Below, piece by piece: positions 1 through 10,413 of a stretch of DNA of 41,246 bases. The position numbers were made by a program, and so were the translations under genes. This stretch comes from Cytophagales bacterium. Lineage in GTDB: Bacteria > Bacteroidota > Bacteroidia > Cytophagales > UBA9547. How positions within the stretch are numbered: the first letter of the stretch is position 1; each line of letters begins with the position of its first letter. A model generated the notes under the pieces. The model was not told the DNA's origin and ran no database searches. It worked only from the letters and a program-made list of their open reading frames with translations. Location of the stretch: assembly GCA_025360395.1 (NCBI GenBank), contig JANYCH010000226.1, forward strand, positions 1-41,246. The letters run 5' to 3'.

Positions 1-272
1 GAATGGACATACTTTCTAAGACCTGGTTTACTAATTCGCTCTAAGTTTAATATAGCTGGCTTTTTCGTCATAGGATCGTATTTTAAAGCGATCTTTATAA
101 CACCTTGTACAGTGCTTTCTTCGAATTTGTAACTGAAGATAAAGCCTTTATCGTAAAGTACTTTCGTTATCTCCTTTTTAAGATTAGAAGCTGGAATTTC
201 CACAACTCTATGACGAGCTTTAGAAGCATTCCTTATTCTAGTCAAATAATCTGCTATTGGATCTGTTAACAT
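1..272 (-). CDS. rpsH: 30S ribosomal protein S8 (3' end runs off the window start)
   Basis: Reverse-complement translation from the ATG at 272 gives [44 protein letters not shown]..., a canonical S8 N-terminus. It follows rpsN in spc-operon order. It is absent from the ORF track because it is truncated. Confidence 0.93.
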   Translation of the reverse strand, partial: MLTDPIADYLTRIRNASKARHRVVEIPASNLKKEITKVLYDKGFIFSYKFEESTVQGVIKIALKYDPMTKKPAILNLERISKPGLRKYVH

Positions 273-306
273 CTTGTAATCTGTTCTCTATTTTTCAAAA
301 GGGCTG

Positions 307-314
307 CAAAGATA
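307..314 (-). promoter_or_regulatory. Bacteroidota -7 promoter motif TAtcTTTG upstream of rpsH
   Basis: The plus strand reads caaagata. The motif lies 35 nt upstream of the rpsH ATG, inside the 66-bp rpsN-rpsH gap. It shares the extended TTTGCA..CCC.TTTT context with the motifs at 6624 and 10066. An 8-mer like this is expected by chance dozens of times per window, so the support is positional. Confidence 0.4.
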
Positions 315-338
315 TGTAATTGTTATTTAATAAACAAA

Positions 339-608
339 TTACCAGCTCGCTTTAGTTATGCCTGGTATTTTTCCGTCTGAAGCCATTTCACGGAACACAT
401 TTCTGCATAATCCGAATTTCCTCATGTATCCTCTTGGACGACCTGTGATTTTGCATCTGTTATGCAATCTTACAGGAGAAGCATTCCTAGGTAATTTATC
501 TAAACCGATGTAATCACCTTTCGCCTTTAGTTCAGCTCTCTTAGTTGCATATTTAGCAACTATTTTTTGTCTTTTAAGCTCTCTAACTTTTACTGATTCT
601 TTTGCCAT
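339..608 (-). CDS. rpsN: 30S ribosomal protein S14
   Basis: 89 aa ending in [28 protein letters not shown]...ASW, typical of S14. It sits between rplE and rpsH. Confidence 0.96.
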   Translation of the reverse strand: MAKESVKVRELKRQKIVAKYATKRAELKAKGDYIGLDKLPRNASPVRLHNRCKITGRPRGYMRKFGLCRNVFREMASDGKIPGITKASW

Positions 609-610
609 GA

Positions 611-1165
611 TTATTTCTTTTGATTGGCGAAGGGCATTCCAAATGCTTTTAACAACTCTAAACTTTCTTCATCAGAACCAGCAGTTGTCACAATAGTTAT
701 ATCCATTCCAGTGATCCTGGAAACCTTATCAATACTAATTTCTGGGAAAATAATTTGCTCTTTAATACCTAGAGTATAATTTCCTTTTCCGTCAAATCCT
801 TTATCATTCACACCCTTGAAATCCCTAACACGAGGAAGAGCAACAGACATTAATCTATCTAGAAATTCATACATTCTATCGCCGCGAAGAGTTACTTTCG
901 CCCCAATTGGCATGTTTTCTCTCAACTTAAAGTTAGATACAGCCTTTTTGGATTTAGTTGCAACTGCTTTCTGACCAGTTATAGTTGTAAGTTCTTCAAC
1001 TCCAACATCAACCAATTTTTTGTCGGTTACTGCAATACCAATCCCTTTATTGATGCAAACCTTTGTAATTTTAGGAACTTGCATAATAGAAGAGTAGTTA
1101 AACTTCTCTTTTAGAGAAGGAACTATCTCGTTCAAATAAGTTTCTTTTAGCCTAGGATTTGCCAT
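611..1165 (-). CDS. rplE: 50S ribosomal protein L5
   Basis: 184 aa starting RLKETY...IVP.L, with [28 protein letters not shown]. spc-operon order. Confidence 0.97.
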   Translation of the reverse strand: MANPRLKETYLNEIVPSLKEKFNYSSIMQVPKITKVCINKGIGIAVTDKKLVDVGVEELTTITGQKAVATKSKKAVSNFKLRENMPIGAKVTLRGDRMYEFLDRLMSVALPRVRDFKGVNDKGFDGKGNYTLGIKEQIIFPEISIDKVSRITGMDITIVTTAGSDEESLELLKAFGMPFANQKK

Positions 1166-1166
1166 A

Positions 1167-1484
1167 TTAAGATAAGAATGTATTTGTCTTCTTTGAAAAT
1201 CTTTGAAGTTTTCCTTCCTTGTTCAGTTTTCTACCTATTCTTGTTGGAAGACCATTTGTTGGGTCAATCACCATTAGGTTGCTGATGTGGATAGTAGCCT
1301 CTCTCTTCTCAATGCTACCGTTAGGATTTTGAGCCGTTGGTTTTAAATGTTTTGTAACAACATTAACACCCTCAACGACAGCTCTTTGTTTGTCAGGAAG
1401 CATTAAAGAAATTTTACCTTCTTTGCCTTTTGAGTTGCCTGATAACACTTTTACTAGATCGCCTTTTTTTACGTGAAATTTCAT
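1167..1484 (-). CDS. rplX: 50S ribosomal protein L24
   Basis: 105 aa with a KOW motif ([22 protein letters not shown]). Lies between rplN and rplE. Confidence 0.96.
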   Translation of the reverse strand: MKFHVKKGDLVKVLSGNSKGKEGKISLMLPDKQRAVVEGVNVVTKHLKPTAQNPNGSIEKREATIHISNLMVIDPTNGLPTRIGRKLNKEGKLQRFSKKTNTFLS

Positions 1485-1495
1485 CTCTATAAATA

Positions 1496-1864
1496 TTATA
1501 GTACTTCAGGAGCTAAAGAAACGATTTTCATGAATTGTTTTTCACGAAGTTCTCTTGCAACAGGCCCGAAAATACGGGTACCTCTTGGCTCATCATTGTT
1601 ATTTAGAAGGACTGCAGCATTATCGTCAAAACGAATATATGAGCCATCAGGTCTTCTGATCTCCTTTTTAGTTCTAACAACAACTGCTTTAGAAACAGTA
1701 CCTTTTTTAATGTTACCTGAACTTATAGCAGATTTAACAGAAATAACGATTTTATCGCCTACAGAAGCATAACGCTTACCTGTACCACCCAAAACCCGGA
1801 TACAAAGTACTTCTTTAGCACCGCTATTATCGGCCACTGTAAGTCTTGATTCTTGCTGGATCAT
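1496..1864 (-). CDS. rplN: 50S ribosomal protein L14
   Basis: 122 aa starting [27 protein letters not shown], a highly conserved L14 N-terminus. Confidence 0.98.
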   Translation of the reverse strand: MIQQESRLTVADNSGAKEVLCIRVLGGTGKRYASVGDKIVISVKSAISSGNIKKGTVSKAVVVRTKKEIRRPDGSYIRFDDNAAVLLNNNDEPRGTRIFGPVARELREKQFMKIVSLAPEVL

Positions 1865-1866
1865 GG

Positions 1867-2121
1867 TTATTTAACTTTTTCGATAATTTCTACTAATCTC
1901 CACCTCTTATTTTTACTAAGCGGACGTGTCTCACTTATTTTAACAGTATCTCCGATACTGCACTCATTCTTGTCGTCATGGGCCATCAGCTTAGAAGTTT
2001 TTTTCATGAATTTGCCATACATGCCATCCATTACTCTTCTCTCTATAGCTACAGTAATAGATTTTTCCATCTTATTACTTACCACTTTACCGACACGTTC
2101 CTTTCTAGAGTTCCTTTCCAT
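1867..2121 (-). CDS. rpsQ: 30S ribosomal protein S17
   Basis: 84 aa with [18 protein letters not shown]...[24 protein letters not shown], the S17 pattern. Confidence 0.96.
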   Translation of the reverse strand: MERNSRKERVGKVVSNKMEKSITVAIERRVMDGMYGKFMKKTSKLMAHDDKNECSIGDTVKISETRPLSKNKRWRLVEIIEKVK

Positions 2122-2129
2122 TGAAATCC

Positions 2130-2324
2130 TTATTTTGTTCTTGCACTAAGTTCTGTAAGCATTCTTGCGATGTCTTTTTTCAAGAACTTAATCCTCATCG
2201 GGTTCTCAATTGGAGATACAGCATGAGCAAATTTTAATTTTGCCAGAACCTCTTTATCTACTTTCACTTTAGACTGAATCTGTTCAGCTGTAAGTGTTTT
2301 TATATCATTACTATTGGATTTCAT
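2130..2324 (-). CDS. rpmC: 50S ribosomal protein L29
   Basis: 64 aa, helical and K/E-rich. Its start overlaps the rplP stop by 4 nt, suggesting translational coupling. Position is correct between rplP and rpsQ. Confidence 0.93.
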   Translation of the reverse strand: MKSNSNDIKTLTAEQIQSKVKVDKEVLAKLKFAHAVSPIENPMRIKFLKKDIARMLTELSARTK

Positions 2325-2743
2325 ACTCCCTGTAATTCTCTTTTAACTAAAAACTTGGTTTTTAACGGCAGTTTCATTGCAGCTAATCTTAATGACTCCT
2401 GAGCAGTTTCTAAATCTACACCTGTAGATTCAAAAAGAATTGTTCCTGGTTTCACTACTGCTACCCAATATTCCGGAGCACCTTTACCTTTACCCATACG
2501 AACTTCTGCAGGTTTCTTTGTAATTGGTTTGTCCGGAAATATTCTCACCCACATTTGACCCTCTCTTTTCATTGCACGAGAGATGGCAATACGAGCAGCT
2601 TCGATTTGCCTGCTTGTGATCAATCCTGGCTCTAAAGCTTTAATTGCATAGCTACCAAAAGATATATCAAAACCTCGGGTTGCAATACCCTTATTTCTAC
2701 CCTTTTGCGCTTTTCTGTAAACTGTCCTTTTAGGCTGTAACAT
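2321..2743 (-). CDS. rplP: 50S ribosomal protein L16
   Basis: 140 aa starting [16 protein letters not shown], with ...[12 protein letters not shown]...[23 protein letters not shown]. Confidence 0.98.
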   Translation of the reverse strand: MLQPKRTVYRKAQKGRNKGIATRGFDISFGSYAIKALEPGLITSRQIEAARIAISRAMKREGQMWVRIFPDKPITKKPAEVRMGKGKGAPEYWVAVVKPGTILFESTGVDLETAQESLRLAAMKLPLKTKFLVKRELQGV

Positions 2744-2761
2744 GACCCCGAAGTAATTAAA

Positions 2762-3532
2762 CTATTTATTACCTTTATTATTGTTATTATTATTACTTCT
2801 CTTTTTCGGACCATTATTATCTGGTCTTCTTTTTCCCTGGTTTTGATTATTTGAAGGTTGTTGACCAGTAGCACTTACTACGCCGATATTCGGAGACAAA
2901 TCTCTTTTACCGTAGACTTCACCTTTAAATATCCAAACTTTGATTCCAATTTTACCATACACTGTTTGTGCTTCTGAAATAGCATAATCAATATCAGCTC
3001 TTAAAGTATGTAATGGAATCCTACCTTCTTTATATTGTTCAGTACGAGCCATCTCTGCTCCAGCTAAACGTCCTGATAACTTAATCTTTATACCTAATGC
3101 TCCTACTCTCATTGTTCCAGCAATAGATTGTTTCATAGCACGACGATAAGAAATCCTTGCTTCCAATTGTTGAGCTATAGATTCACCAACTAATTTAGCA
3201 TCAAGCTCAGGTCTTTTAATTTCAAAGATGTTAATTTGAACTTCTTTTGCAGTAAGCTTCTTTAACTCTTCTTTAATTTTATCAACCTCTCCACCACCTT
3301 TCCCAATAACAACACCTGGTCTAGCAGTATTTATAGTAAGTATAATTCTCTTTAAAGTTCTTTCAATAACAATTTTAGCAATTCCTCCTTTTGGAATCCT
3401 GGCCATGATATACTTACGAATTTTTTCGTCTTCAATAAGTTTTACATCAAATGTTTTACCACCGTACCAGTTAGATTCCCATCCTCTGATTACACCAAGA
3501 CGGAACGCTACGGGATTAATTTTTTGTCCCAT
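2762..3532 (-). CDS. rpsC: 30S ribosomal protein S3 with a low-complexity Asn/Lys-rich C-terminal tail
   Basis: 256 aa starting [14 protein letters not shown]..., with a KH domain ([18 protein letters not shown]). The last ~35 aa are [33 protein letters not shown]. Confidence 0.97.
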   Translation of the reverse strand: MGQKINPVAFRLGVIRGWESNWYGGKTFDVKLIEDEKIRKYIMARIPKGGIAKIVIERTLKRIILTINTARPGVVIGKGGGEVDKIKEELKKLTAKEVQINIFEIKRPELDAKLVGESIAQQLEARISYRRAMKQSIAGTMRVGALGIKIKLSGRLAGAEMARTEQYKEGRIPLHTLRADIDYAISEAQTVYGKIGIKVWIFKGEVYGKRDLSPNIGVVSATGQQPSNNQNQGKRRPDNNGPKKRSNNNNNNKGNK

Positions 3533-3534
3533 TT

Positions 3535-3894
3535 TTATAAATTAACAGAAGTGTTTACTGAATCTACAATTATTGTAACATGGTTAGAGCGCTTTCTGAT
3601 TCGGTAAGCTCTACCTTGTGGAGCAGGTCTGAATCTTTTAAGGATTCTACCACCGTCAACAAAAATGGTTTTAACAAAAAGATCTGAGTCTTCCATTCTT
3701 TTGCCATCATTTTTTTGTTGCCAGTTTGCTATAGCAGAAAGTAATAACTTTTCTACTTTTGCAGCCCCAACTTTTGGTTCATATTTAAGAAGTCCTAAGG
3801 CAATATTTACCTTTTTCCCCCTGATCATGTCCGCAACCTGCCTCATCTTACGAGGGGATGTTGGCACATTATTAAGTTTTGCAACAGCTTCCAT
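3535..3894 (-). CDS. rplV: 50S ribosomal protein L22
   Basis: 119 aa with [26 protein letters not shown]...[20 protein letters not shown]. Confidence 0.96.
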   Translation of the reverse strand: MEAVAKLNNVPTSPRKMRQVADMIRGKKVNIALGLLKYEPKVGAAKVEKLLLSAIANWQQKNDGKRMEDSDLFVKTIFVDGGRILKRFRPAPQGRAYRIRKRSNHVTIIVDSVNTSVNL

Positions 3895-3899
3895 CTTAA

Positions 3900-4181
3900 T
3901 TATCTTTTAGCAGACTTATCTTTTTTAGCTGCATGTCCCCTAAAATTCCTGGTTGGTGAAAATTCACCAAGTTTGTGACCTACCATATTTTCAGTTACAA
4001 AAACAGGAATAAACTTATTTCCGTTATGTACTGCGAATGTGTGTCCCACAAAGTCAGGAGATATTGTGGATCTTCTTGACCAAGTTTTTACTACTGATTT
4101 CTTTGCAGAATCATTAAGTGCAAAAACTTTGTTTTCTAGCCTAAAATCTATATAAGGCCCTTTTTTTATTGAACGTCCCAT
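3900..4181 (-). CDS. rpsS: 30S ribosomal protein S19
   Basis: 93 aa starting [12 protein letters not shown], with ...[42 protein letters not shown]. Its start overlaps the rplB stop (TAATG). Confidence 0.98.
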   Translation of the reverse strand: MGRSIKKGPYIDFRLENKVFALNDSAKKSVVKTWSRRSTISPDFVGHTFAVHNGNKFIPVFVTENMVGHKLGEFSPTRNFRGHAAKKDKSAKR

Positions 4182-5005
4182 TACTTCTTCTTAGAAATAA
4201 TTAATGAATCTGAATACTTATTTGGTTTTCTGGTTTTAAGACCTTTGGTATATAAACCATTTCTAGATCTTGGATGTCCTCCTGAAGCTCTACCTTCACC
4301 ACCACCCATCGGGTGATCAACAGGGTTCATAGCTACTGCCCTTACCCTTGGGGTTCTTCCTAACCAACGACTTCTTCCTGCTTTTCCAATTGTGGTGTTG
4401 ATATGGTCTGCATTGGAAACAGTTCCAACAGTTGCCTTACAAGTACCCAATACCAAACGAATCTCGCCTGAAGGCAATTTTATACTAGCGTACTTCTCGT
4501 CACGGCCAACTAATTGACCATAACCACCTGCACTTCTAGCTAGAACACCACCTTTACCTGGTTTTAATTCAATGTTGTGAATAAAAGTACCGAGAGGAAT
4601 TTGAGATAATATTAAAGCATTTCCTAATTCAGGAGGAGAACCGGTTCCAGACAACAAAGTCTGACCAACTTTTAATCCTGAAGGACAAATGATATATCTT
4701 TTTTCTCCATCAACATAAGATAGTAATGCTATCCTTGCTGAACGGTTAGGATCGTATTCAACAGATTTTACTTTAGCCGGAACACCATCCTTATCTCTTT
4801 TGAAATCGATGATACGGTACATTTGTTTGTGACCTCCACCGATATAACGCATAGAGCGTTTTCCATCACTATTTCTTCCACCAGATTTACCAATAAATGT
4901 CAATAAACTCTTTTCAGGTTTAGATTCAGTTATCTCATCGAAGGTAGGAGCTATCCTATGTCTTTGACCAGGAGTAGTGGGTTTTAATTTTTTTATAGCA
5001 GCCAT
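4181..5005 (-). CDS. rplB: 50S ribosomal protein L2
   Basis: 274 aa with PGQRHR..., [15 protein letters not shown], and [14 protein letters not shown]. Confidence 0.98.
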   Translation of the reverse strand: MAAIKKLKPTTPGQRHRIAPTFDEITESKPEKSLLTFIGKSGGRNSDGKRSMRYIGGGHKQMYRIIDFKRDKDGVPAKVKSVEYDPNRSARIALLSYVDGEKRYIICPSGLKVGQTLLSGTGSPPELGNALILSQIPLGTFIHNIELKPGKGGVLARSAGGYGQLVGRDEKYASIKLPSGEIRLVLGTCKATVGTVSNADHINTTIGKAGRSRWLGRTPRVRAVAMNPVDHPMGGGEGRASGGHPRSRNGLYTKGLKTRKPNKYSDSLIISKKK

Positions 5006-5016
5006 TATATTGCTAA

Positions 5017-5307
5017 TTAAATGCTGGAGTAAATGTCAATCATTTCACCTTTTGACACAGTAACTACAGCTCTTTTTACCGGAGATACTCTACCAGCAAG
5101 AACTTTTGTTTTTGTCATCTTACTTTTGGATTTTCCAGCAGTAACATAAGTGTTTACACTTTCTACATTAACACCATATTCTTTTTCAATGGCATTACGT
5201 ATTTCAATTTTATTGGCATTGCGATCTACCACAAATGCATATCTACCATTTTCGGTAAACTTGGCATATTTTTCAGTGATAATCGGCTTTATTATGATAG
5301 CTGACAT
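5017..5307 (-). CDS. rplW: 50S ribosomal protein L23
   Basis: 96 aa with IIKPIITEK...[29 protein letters not shown]. Confidence 0.95.
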   Translation of the reverse strand: MSAIIIKPIITEKYAKFTENGRYAFVVDRNANKIEIRNAIEKEYGVNVESVNTYVTAGKSKSKMTKTKVLAGRVSPVKRAVVTVSKGEMIDIYSSI

Positions 5308-5311
5308 TACC

Positions 5312-5944
5312 TTAGCTTATTAAGTCAATTAATGATTCCAAAGCAGTTTCACCAATTACAAGCTTTTCAGCATTCATAATTTCATAAGTGTTAAGATCAC
5401 TTACATTGATTACTTTGGCATTAGGAAGGTTTCTAGAAGAGAGGCTGATATTTTTAAGATTATCAGAACCCGCAAGCAAGAACAAAGTTTTGGAAGAGTC
5501 TAAGCTTAAATTTTTAAGTATAGAATTAAACTCTTTTGTTTTAGGGACTGCAAGTGAAAAATCTTCAAGAAAAATCAAAGAATTATCTTTCAACTTATAT
5601 GCAATGGCAGATCTTCTTGCCAGCTGCTTAACTTTCTTATTTAATTTAAAACTGTAATCTCTAGGTCTTGGACCAAAAATACGGCCTCCTCCAACAAAAA
5701 CACCAGATTTTATACTACCAGCACGGGCACCACCTGTACCTTTTTGTTTTTTTATCTTTTTAGTAGAATAAGCCATTTCGCTTTTCTCCTTTGCTTTATG
5801 TGTACCCTGACGCTGAGCAGCTAAGTAATGCTTAACATCTAACCATATTGTATGGTCATTAGGTGCTGATTCTGAAAGCAAAACCGGAACCGAAACTTTT
5901 TTACCAGTTTCTTTACCTTTTATATTTATTACTGCGATATCCAT
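5312..5944 (-). CDS. rplD: 50S ribosomal protein L4
   Basis: 210 aa with QRQGTHKAKEKSEMAYSTKKIKKQKGTGGAR.GS..SGVFVGGGRIFGPRPRDY. Confidence 0.96.
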   Translation of the reverse strand: MDIAVINIKGKETGKKVSVPVLLSESAPNDHTIWLDVKHYLAAQRQGTHKAKEKSEMAYSTKKIKKQKGTGGARAGSIKSGVFVGGGRIFGPRPRDYSFKLNKKVKQLARRSAIAYKLKDNSLIFLEDFSLAVPKTKEFNSILKNLSLDSSKTLFLLAGSDNLKNISLSSRNLPNAKVINVSDLNTYEIMNAEKLVIGETALESLIDLIS

Positions 5945-5945
5945 T

Positions 5946-6566
5946 TTACTTCTCTAGAATAACGTAACTATTTTTAGAACCAGGCAAACTACCACTGATA
6001 ATTACCAGATTTTTGTCTGCTAGTACTCTTAGAACTTTCAAATTTTGAACTGTAACCCTTGCATTTCCAAGTCTACCTGCCATACGTATGCCTTTAAATA
6101 CGCGTGAAGGGAACGAACAAGAACCAATAGAACCAGGGTGACGAGCCCTGTTATGCTGACCGTGAGTTTGTCCACCAACCCCAGCAAAACCATGTCTTTT
6201 TACAACTCCTTGAAAACCTTTTCCAATAGAAGTTCCAATGACATCAATCATATCACCATCAGCAAATATATCTGCAGCTGATAATGTATCTCCTAAAGAA
6301 ACTGATTTATCAAAAGACCTGAACTCAACAAGTTTACGTTTAGGTGTAGAGTTTGCTTTTTTAAAGTGACCTAACATAGAAGATGACACACTTTTTTCTT
6401 TTACATCTCCATATCCCAATTGAACGGCTTCATAACCATCATTTTCAATCGTTTTCACCTGGGAGACAACACATGGACCTAGTTCTACGACTGTACAAGG
6501 AATTGCTTTTCCTTCAGTTTCGTATATCCTGGTCATCCCAATTTTTTTCCCAATAAGACCTAACAT
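5946..6566 (-). CDS. rplC: 50S ribosomal protein L3
   Basis: 206 aa starting [15 protein letters not shown], with ...[15 protein letters not shown]. First gene after the rpsJ-rplC gap. Confidence 0.97.
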   Translation of the reverse strand: MLGLIGKKIGMTRIYETEGKAIPCTVVELGPCVVSQVKTIENDGYEAVQLGYGDVKEKSVSSSMLGHFKKANSTPKRKLVEFRSFDKSVSLGDTLSAADIFADGDMIDVIGTSIGKGFQGVVKRHGFAGVGGQTHGQHNRARHPGSIGSCSFPSRVFKGIRMAGRLGNARVTVQNLKVLRVLADKNLVIISGSLPGSKNSYVILEK

Positions 6567-6623
6567 AATTTTTTAAGAATTAGGTATTTAGTTAATCTAA
6601 AGACCCCCTCTAAAAAGGGAGTG

Positions 6624-6631
6624 CAAAGTTA
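6624..6631 (-). promoter_or_regulatory. -7 promoter motif TAacTTTG upstream of rplC
   Basis: The plus strand reads caaagtta. It lies 58 nt upstream of the rplC ATG, within the 137-bp rpsJ-rplC gap. The extended match CTTTGCACTCCC is identical to the rpsL copy. Confidence 0.5.
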
Positions 6632-6653
6632 AGATATTTTTTTTATTTGCCTA

Positions 6654-6694
6654 TTAATAAGGGGAAATATTATTTAAATATTTCCCCTTATTAA
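6654..6694 (-). terminator. Perfect 17-bp stem / 7-nt loop hairpin immediately downstream of rpsJ (terminator or attenuator; no U-tract on the transcribed strand)
   Basis: The arm ttaataaggggaaatat (6654-6670) pairs with atatttccccttattaa (6678-6694), and the loop is tatttaa. It starts 9 nt after the rpsJ stop. On the minus strand an A-run follows it rather than a T-run. Confidence 0.5.
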
Positions 6695-6703
6695 GAAGAG
6701 AAA

Positions 6704-7009
6704 TCAGACTTTGATTTCAACATCCACACCACTAGGTAACTCCAACTTCATCAGAGCATCTACGGTTTTAGCACTAGTTGAATAGATATCAACTAATCTC
6801 TTATAAGTACAAAGCTGAAACTGTTCTCTTGCTTTTTTGTTAACGTGAGGAGAACGCAATACTGTGAAGATTTCCTTCTCAGTAGGTAGCGGAATAGGAC
6901 CGCTTACAATTGCTCCTGTAGCTTTTACAGCTCTGACAATTTTTTCTGAAGATTTATCAACCAGGTTATGGTCGAAAGACTTCAATTTGATTCGGATTTT
7001 CTGACTCAT
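6704..7009 (-). CDS. rpsJ: 30S ribosomal protein S10
   Basis: 101 aa starting [18 protein letters not shown], with ...[39 protein letters not shown]. Confidence 0.98.
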   Translation of the reverse strand: MSQKIRIKLKSFDHNLVDKSSEKIVRAVKATGAIVSGPIPLPTEKEIFTVLRSPHVNKKAREQFQLCTYKRLVDIYSTSAKTVDALMKLELPSGVDVEIKV

Positions 7010-7015
7010 TTTGTA

Positions 7016-9118
7016 TTATGCTTTAACAGCGCCTTTAGACTTAGCTATAATAGCTTCTGCCATGTTATTTGGAACAGGTTCGTAATGTGAAAAAGAAAGT
7101 GAAGCTGATGCACGACCAGAAGTCAAAGTTCTTAGGTCTGTAATGTATCCGAATAATTCTGACAAAGGAACGTTAGCTCTTATTATAGAAGCTGTACCCC
7201 TAGAATCCATTCCTTTCATTACACCTCTTCTTCTATTAAGGTCGCCAGTAACTGATCCTGTATATTCATCGGGAGTTACAACATCCACATTCATGATTGG
7301 CTCAAGAAGTTGCGGACCAGCGGTTTTTGCTGATTCTTTAAAACCTATTCTAGCTGCTAACTCAAATGATAATGAATCTGAGTCAACATCATGGTATGAA
7401 CCGTGAAAAATTCTAACTCTGTAAGAATCAATTGGGAAACCAGCCAACGGACCATTCTTTTTAGATTCTTCAAAACCTTTTTGAATTGCAGGGATAAATT
7501 CACGAGGAATAACACCACCTACAATTTCATTTACGAATTCAAGTCCTTCTTTATCATCGTTACGTGGACCGATTTCGAATACGATATCGGCAAATTTACC
7601 ACGACCACCAGTTTGTTTTTTGTAAACCTCACGGTGTTCAACAGTTTTAGTAAGTTTCTCTTTGTAAGCAACCTGAGGCGCACCCTGGTTGATCTCAACT
7701 CCGAACTCACGTTTTAGCCTGTCGATGATAATCTCTAAGTGAAGCTCACCCATTCCACGAAGGATAGTCTGACCAGTTTCCTGATCTGTGTGAACTCTTA
7801 ATGTTGGATCCTCTTCAACAAGTTTGGAAATACCCATTCCTAATTTGTCAACATCGGCTTGTTTTTTAGGCTCTATCGCGTATCCAATTACAGGTTCCGG
7901 GAAGTCCATTGACTCAAGAATAATTTTTGCTTTTTCATCGCAAAGAGTATCTCCTGTTTTAATATCTTTAAATCCAACCACAGCTCCGATGTCACCAGCA
8001 GGTAAACGATCGATCTGGTTTTGTTTGTTGGCATGCATTTGGAAAATACGAGAAATACGCTCTTTACTTTCTGAACGTGTATTGTATACATATGAGCCAG
8101 ACTCTAATACTCCAGAATAAGCTCTTACGAAACATAGGCGACCTACGAATGGATCAGTTGCGATTTTGAAAGCTAAACCACAGAATGATTCAGATTCTGA
8201 CATTTTTCTTGTTACTTCAAGACCAGTATCTGGATCTGTTCCAGTAATCCCTTTTTTATCAAGAGGTGATGGAAGTAAAGCCATCACATAATCAAGCATA
8301 GTTTGTACTCCTTTGTTTTTAAAAGAAGAGCCACAAAGCATTGGAACAATTTTCATGTCAATAGTTGCTTTGCGAAGTGCATCAAGGATTTCCTGTTCTG
8401 TAATTGATTTAGGATCGTCAAAAAATTTCTCCATTAATGACTCATCATAATCAGCTACAGCTTCAAGAAGTTTCTCTCTGTATTCTAGAGCTTCTTCCAT
8501 CATATCCTCTGGAATTGGCACTTCCTGGAATGTCATTCCTTTGTCATGCTCATTCCACTGTATTCCGCGGAAGTTAACCAAGTCTACAACTCCTGTGAAG
8601 TTGTCTTCAGATCCGATAGGCAATTGCAACGCAACTGCATTACTTCCTAGCATTTCTTTAACCTGTTTTACCACGTTCAAGAAATCAGCACCTGAACGGT
8701 CCATCTTGTTTACAAAACCTAAACGGGCAACACTGTAATTATCAGCTAGCCTCCAGTTAGTTTCTGATTGTGGTTCTACACCATCAACAGCACTAAAAAG
8801 AAATACCAAACCATCAAGTACACGTAATGAACGGTTTACTTCTACAGTAAAGTCAACGTGACCTGGTGTATCAATTATATTAACGTGGTAACTATTGTCC
8901 CTCCACTTCCAGTCTACAGTTGTTGCAGCCGAAGTGATAGTAATACCCCTCTCTTGCTCTTGTGCCATCCAGTCCATTGTAGCAGCACCTTCATGTACTT
9001 CTCCAATTTTATGACTTACACCAGCATAGTAAAGAATACGTTCAGTAGTCGTAGTTTTACCGGCATCAATGTGAGCGGCAATTCCGATATTTCTGGTGAA
9101 TTTCAGGTCGCGTGCCAT
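7016..9118 (-). CDS. fusA: Elongation factor G
   Basis: 700 aa with the GTPase motifs [14 protein letters not shown] and NKMD. Lies between rpsG and rpsJ. Confidence 0.98.
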   Translation of the reverse strand: MARDLKFTRNIGIAAHIDAGKTTTTERILYYAGVSHKIGEVHEGAATMDWMAQEQERGITITSAATTVDWKWRDNSYHVNIIDTPGHVDFTVEVNRSLRVLDGLVFLFSAVDGVEPQSETNWRLADNYSVARLGFVNKMDRSGADFLNVVKQVKEMLGSNAVALQLPIGSEDNFTGVVDLVNFRGIQWNEHDKGMTFQEVPIPEDMMEEALEYREKLLEAVADYDESLMEKFFDDPKSITEQEILDALRKATIDMKIVPMLCGSSFKNKGVQTMLDYVMALLPSPLDKKGITGTDPDTGLEVTRKMSESESFCGLAFKIATDPFVGRLCFVRAYSGVLESGSYVYNTRSESKERISRIFQMHANKQNQIDRLPAGDIGAVVGFKDIKTGDTLCDEKAKIILESMDFPEPVIGYAIEPKKQADVDKLGMGISKLVEEDPTLRVHTDQETGQTILRGMGELHLEIIIDRLKREFGVEINQGAPQVAYKEKLTKTVEHREVYKKQTGGRGKFADIVFEIGPRNDDKEGLEFVNEIVGGVIPREFIPAIQKGFEESKKNGPLAGFPIDSYRVRIFHGSYHDVDSDSLSFELAARIGFKESAKTAGPQLLEPIMNVDVVTPDEYTGSVTGDLNRRRGVMKGMDSRGTASIIRANVPLSELFGYITDLRTLTSGRASASLSFSHYEPVPNNMAEAIIAKSKGAVKA

Positions 9119-9120
9119 TC

Positions 9121-9588
9121 TTAGAACCTAAAATGTGAATATGCTTTATTTGCCTCAGCCATACGGTGAGTATCATCTTTTTTCTTCACGGCAGCACCTT
9201 CACCTTTAGAAGCAGCAATTATTTCGCCTGCTAATTTTTCTTTCATAGATTTCTCATTACGCTTACGAGCATAATTGATCATCCATTTAATACCTAAAGA
9301 CTGCTTGCGTTCCGGACGAACCTCAGTAGGAACCTGGAAGTTAGCTCCACCAACACGGCGACTTTTTACTTCTACAGATGGAATAACGTTATTTAAACCA
9401 CGTTTCCAAACTTCAAGTCCGCTTTCAGTAGTTTTCTTTTCTACTATTTCAAGGGCATCATAGAAGATACCAAATGCAAGGCTTTTTTTGCCTTCCAACA
9501 TTAAGTTATTTACAAACTTAGTAACCAAAGTATCTTTGAACTTTGGATCTGGAAGAACATATCTTTTTTTAGGCTTAGCTTTTCTCAT
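9121..9588 (-). CDS. rpsG: 30S ribosomal protein S7
   Basis: 155 aa with VLPDPKF.D..V.KF.N.LM..GKKS and [16 protein letters not shown]. Confidence 0.98.
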   Translation of the reverse strand: MRKAKPKKRYVLPDPKFKDTLVTKFVNNLMLEGKKSLAFGIFYDALEIVEKKTTESGLEVWKRGLNNVIPSVEVKSRRVGGANFQVPTEVRPERKQSLGIKWMINYARKRNEKSMKEKLAGEIIAASKGEGAAVKKKDDTHRMAEANKAYSHFRF

Positions 9589-9609
9589 CGCTATATTTTG
9601 AAACTTTAA

Positions 9610-10026
9610 TTATTTTTTACCGCCTTTACCTTTGGTAGGCGCTGCTACCTGCCCTGGCTTAGGACGTTTTGTACCGTATTTAGATCTTGCTTGTTTTCTG
9701 CCAGTAACACCAGCAGTATCAAGTGCACCACGAATGATGTGGTAACGAACTCCCGGAAGGTCTTTTACCCTTCCACCGCGAATTAACACGATTGAGTGTT
9801 CCTGTAAATTGTGACCTTCTCCCGGAATATAAGCATTCACTTCCTTTCCGTTTGTAAGCCTTACCCTTGCTACCTTACGCATTGCTGAGTTAGGTTTTTT
9901 AGGTGTAGTAGTGTACACACGTGTACATACACCTCTGCGTTGAGGACAAGAGTCTAGAGCAGGAGACTTAGATTTCCAAGTCATTTTTTCTCTTCCGACC
10001 CTTACTAATTGCTGAATAGTAGGCAT
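9610..10026 (-). CDS. rpsL: 30S ribosomal protein S12 (extended Lys/Gly-rich C-terminus)
   Basis: 138 aa starting MPTIQQLVR, with ...[54 protein letters not shown]. Confidence 0.98.
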   Translation of the reverse strand: MPTIQQLVRVGREKMTWKSKSPALDSCPQRRGVCTRVYTTTPKKPNSAMRKVARVRLTNGKEVNAYIPGEGHNLQEHSIVLIRGGRVKDLPGVRYHIIRGALDTAGVTGRKQARSKYGTKRPKPGQVAAPTKGKGGKK

Positions 10027-10065
10027 TTATAACAAATTTATTGAGTACCCTTCAAAATGGGAGTG

Positions 10066-10073
10066 CAAAGATA
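10066..10073 (-). promoter_or_regulatory. -7 promoter motif TAtcTTTG upstream of rpsL (str operon promoter)
   Basis: The plus strand reads caaagata. It lies 40 nt upstream of the rpsL ATG, at the head of the whole ribosomal cluster. A TTTG-type upstream element is possible ~18 nt further up. Confidence 0.55.
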
Positions 10074-10413
10074 GATAATTTACCTAGCAAACAAAAAAAA
10101 AATTAAAATATGTTTAAGGAAATATACTTTAGTAAAATCTATTGTTTAGGGAAATAATCAGAAGACTTCTATTATATAATACCTTAATGTTTTTTGAAAC
10201 TCCAATGGAGTTAAGTTACAAACGAGCCAATCTAAAAAAATGACATTTTAAAATTTGATTAATACAATATTGAAATTCTTACATCAACACCATCAAACTA
10301 AAAAACTAATAATAAAATAAATCGTTACCTTAATACAATGGGATATCGAAACGGGCAAAAATCTTAAAAAGATAATTTCCAGCCATTTAAATAAGGTTTA
10401 AAAATAATTCCAA

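Noticed and set aside
2632-2874. 80-aa minus-strand ORF bridging the rplP start and the rpsC tail.
   Set aside because: It is an alternative frame overlapping two bona fide ribosomal genes. Its product is an Ile/Lys-rich string with no start-site support.
1473-9463. Many 60-110-aa plus-strand ORFs inside the ribosomal protein and fusA genes (for example 1473-1772, 1853-2149, 3665-3910, 5388-5657, 7143-7717, 7824-8120, 8541-9124, 9275-9463).
   Set aside because: All are antisense to highly conserved, confidently identified genes. Their translations are low-complexity Leu/Ser/Phe-rich, as expected from the reverse frames of AT-rich coding DNA.
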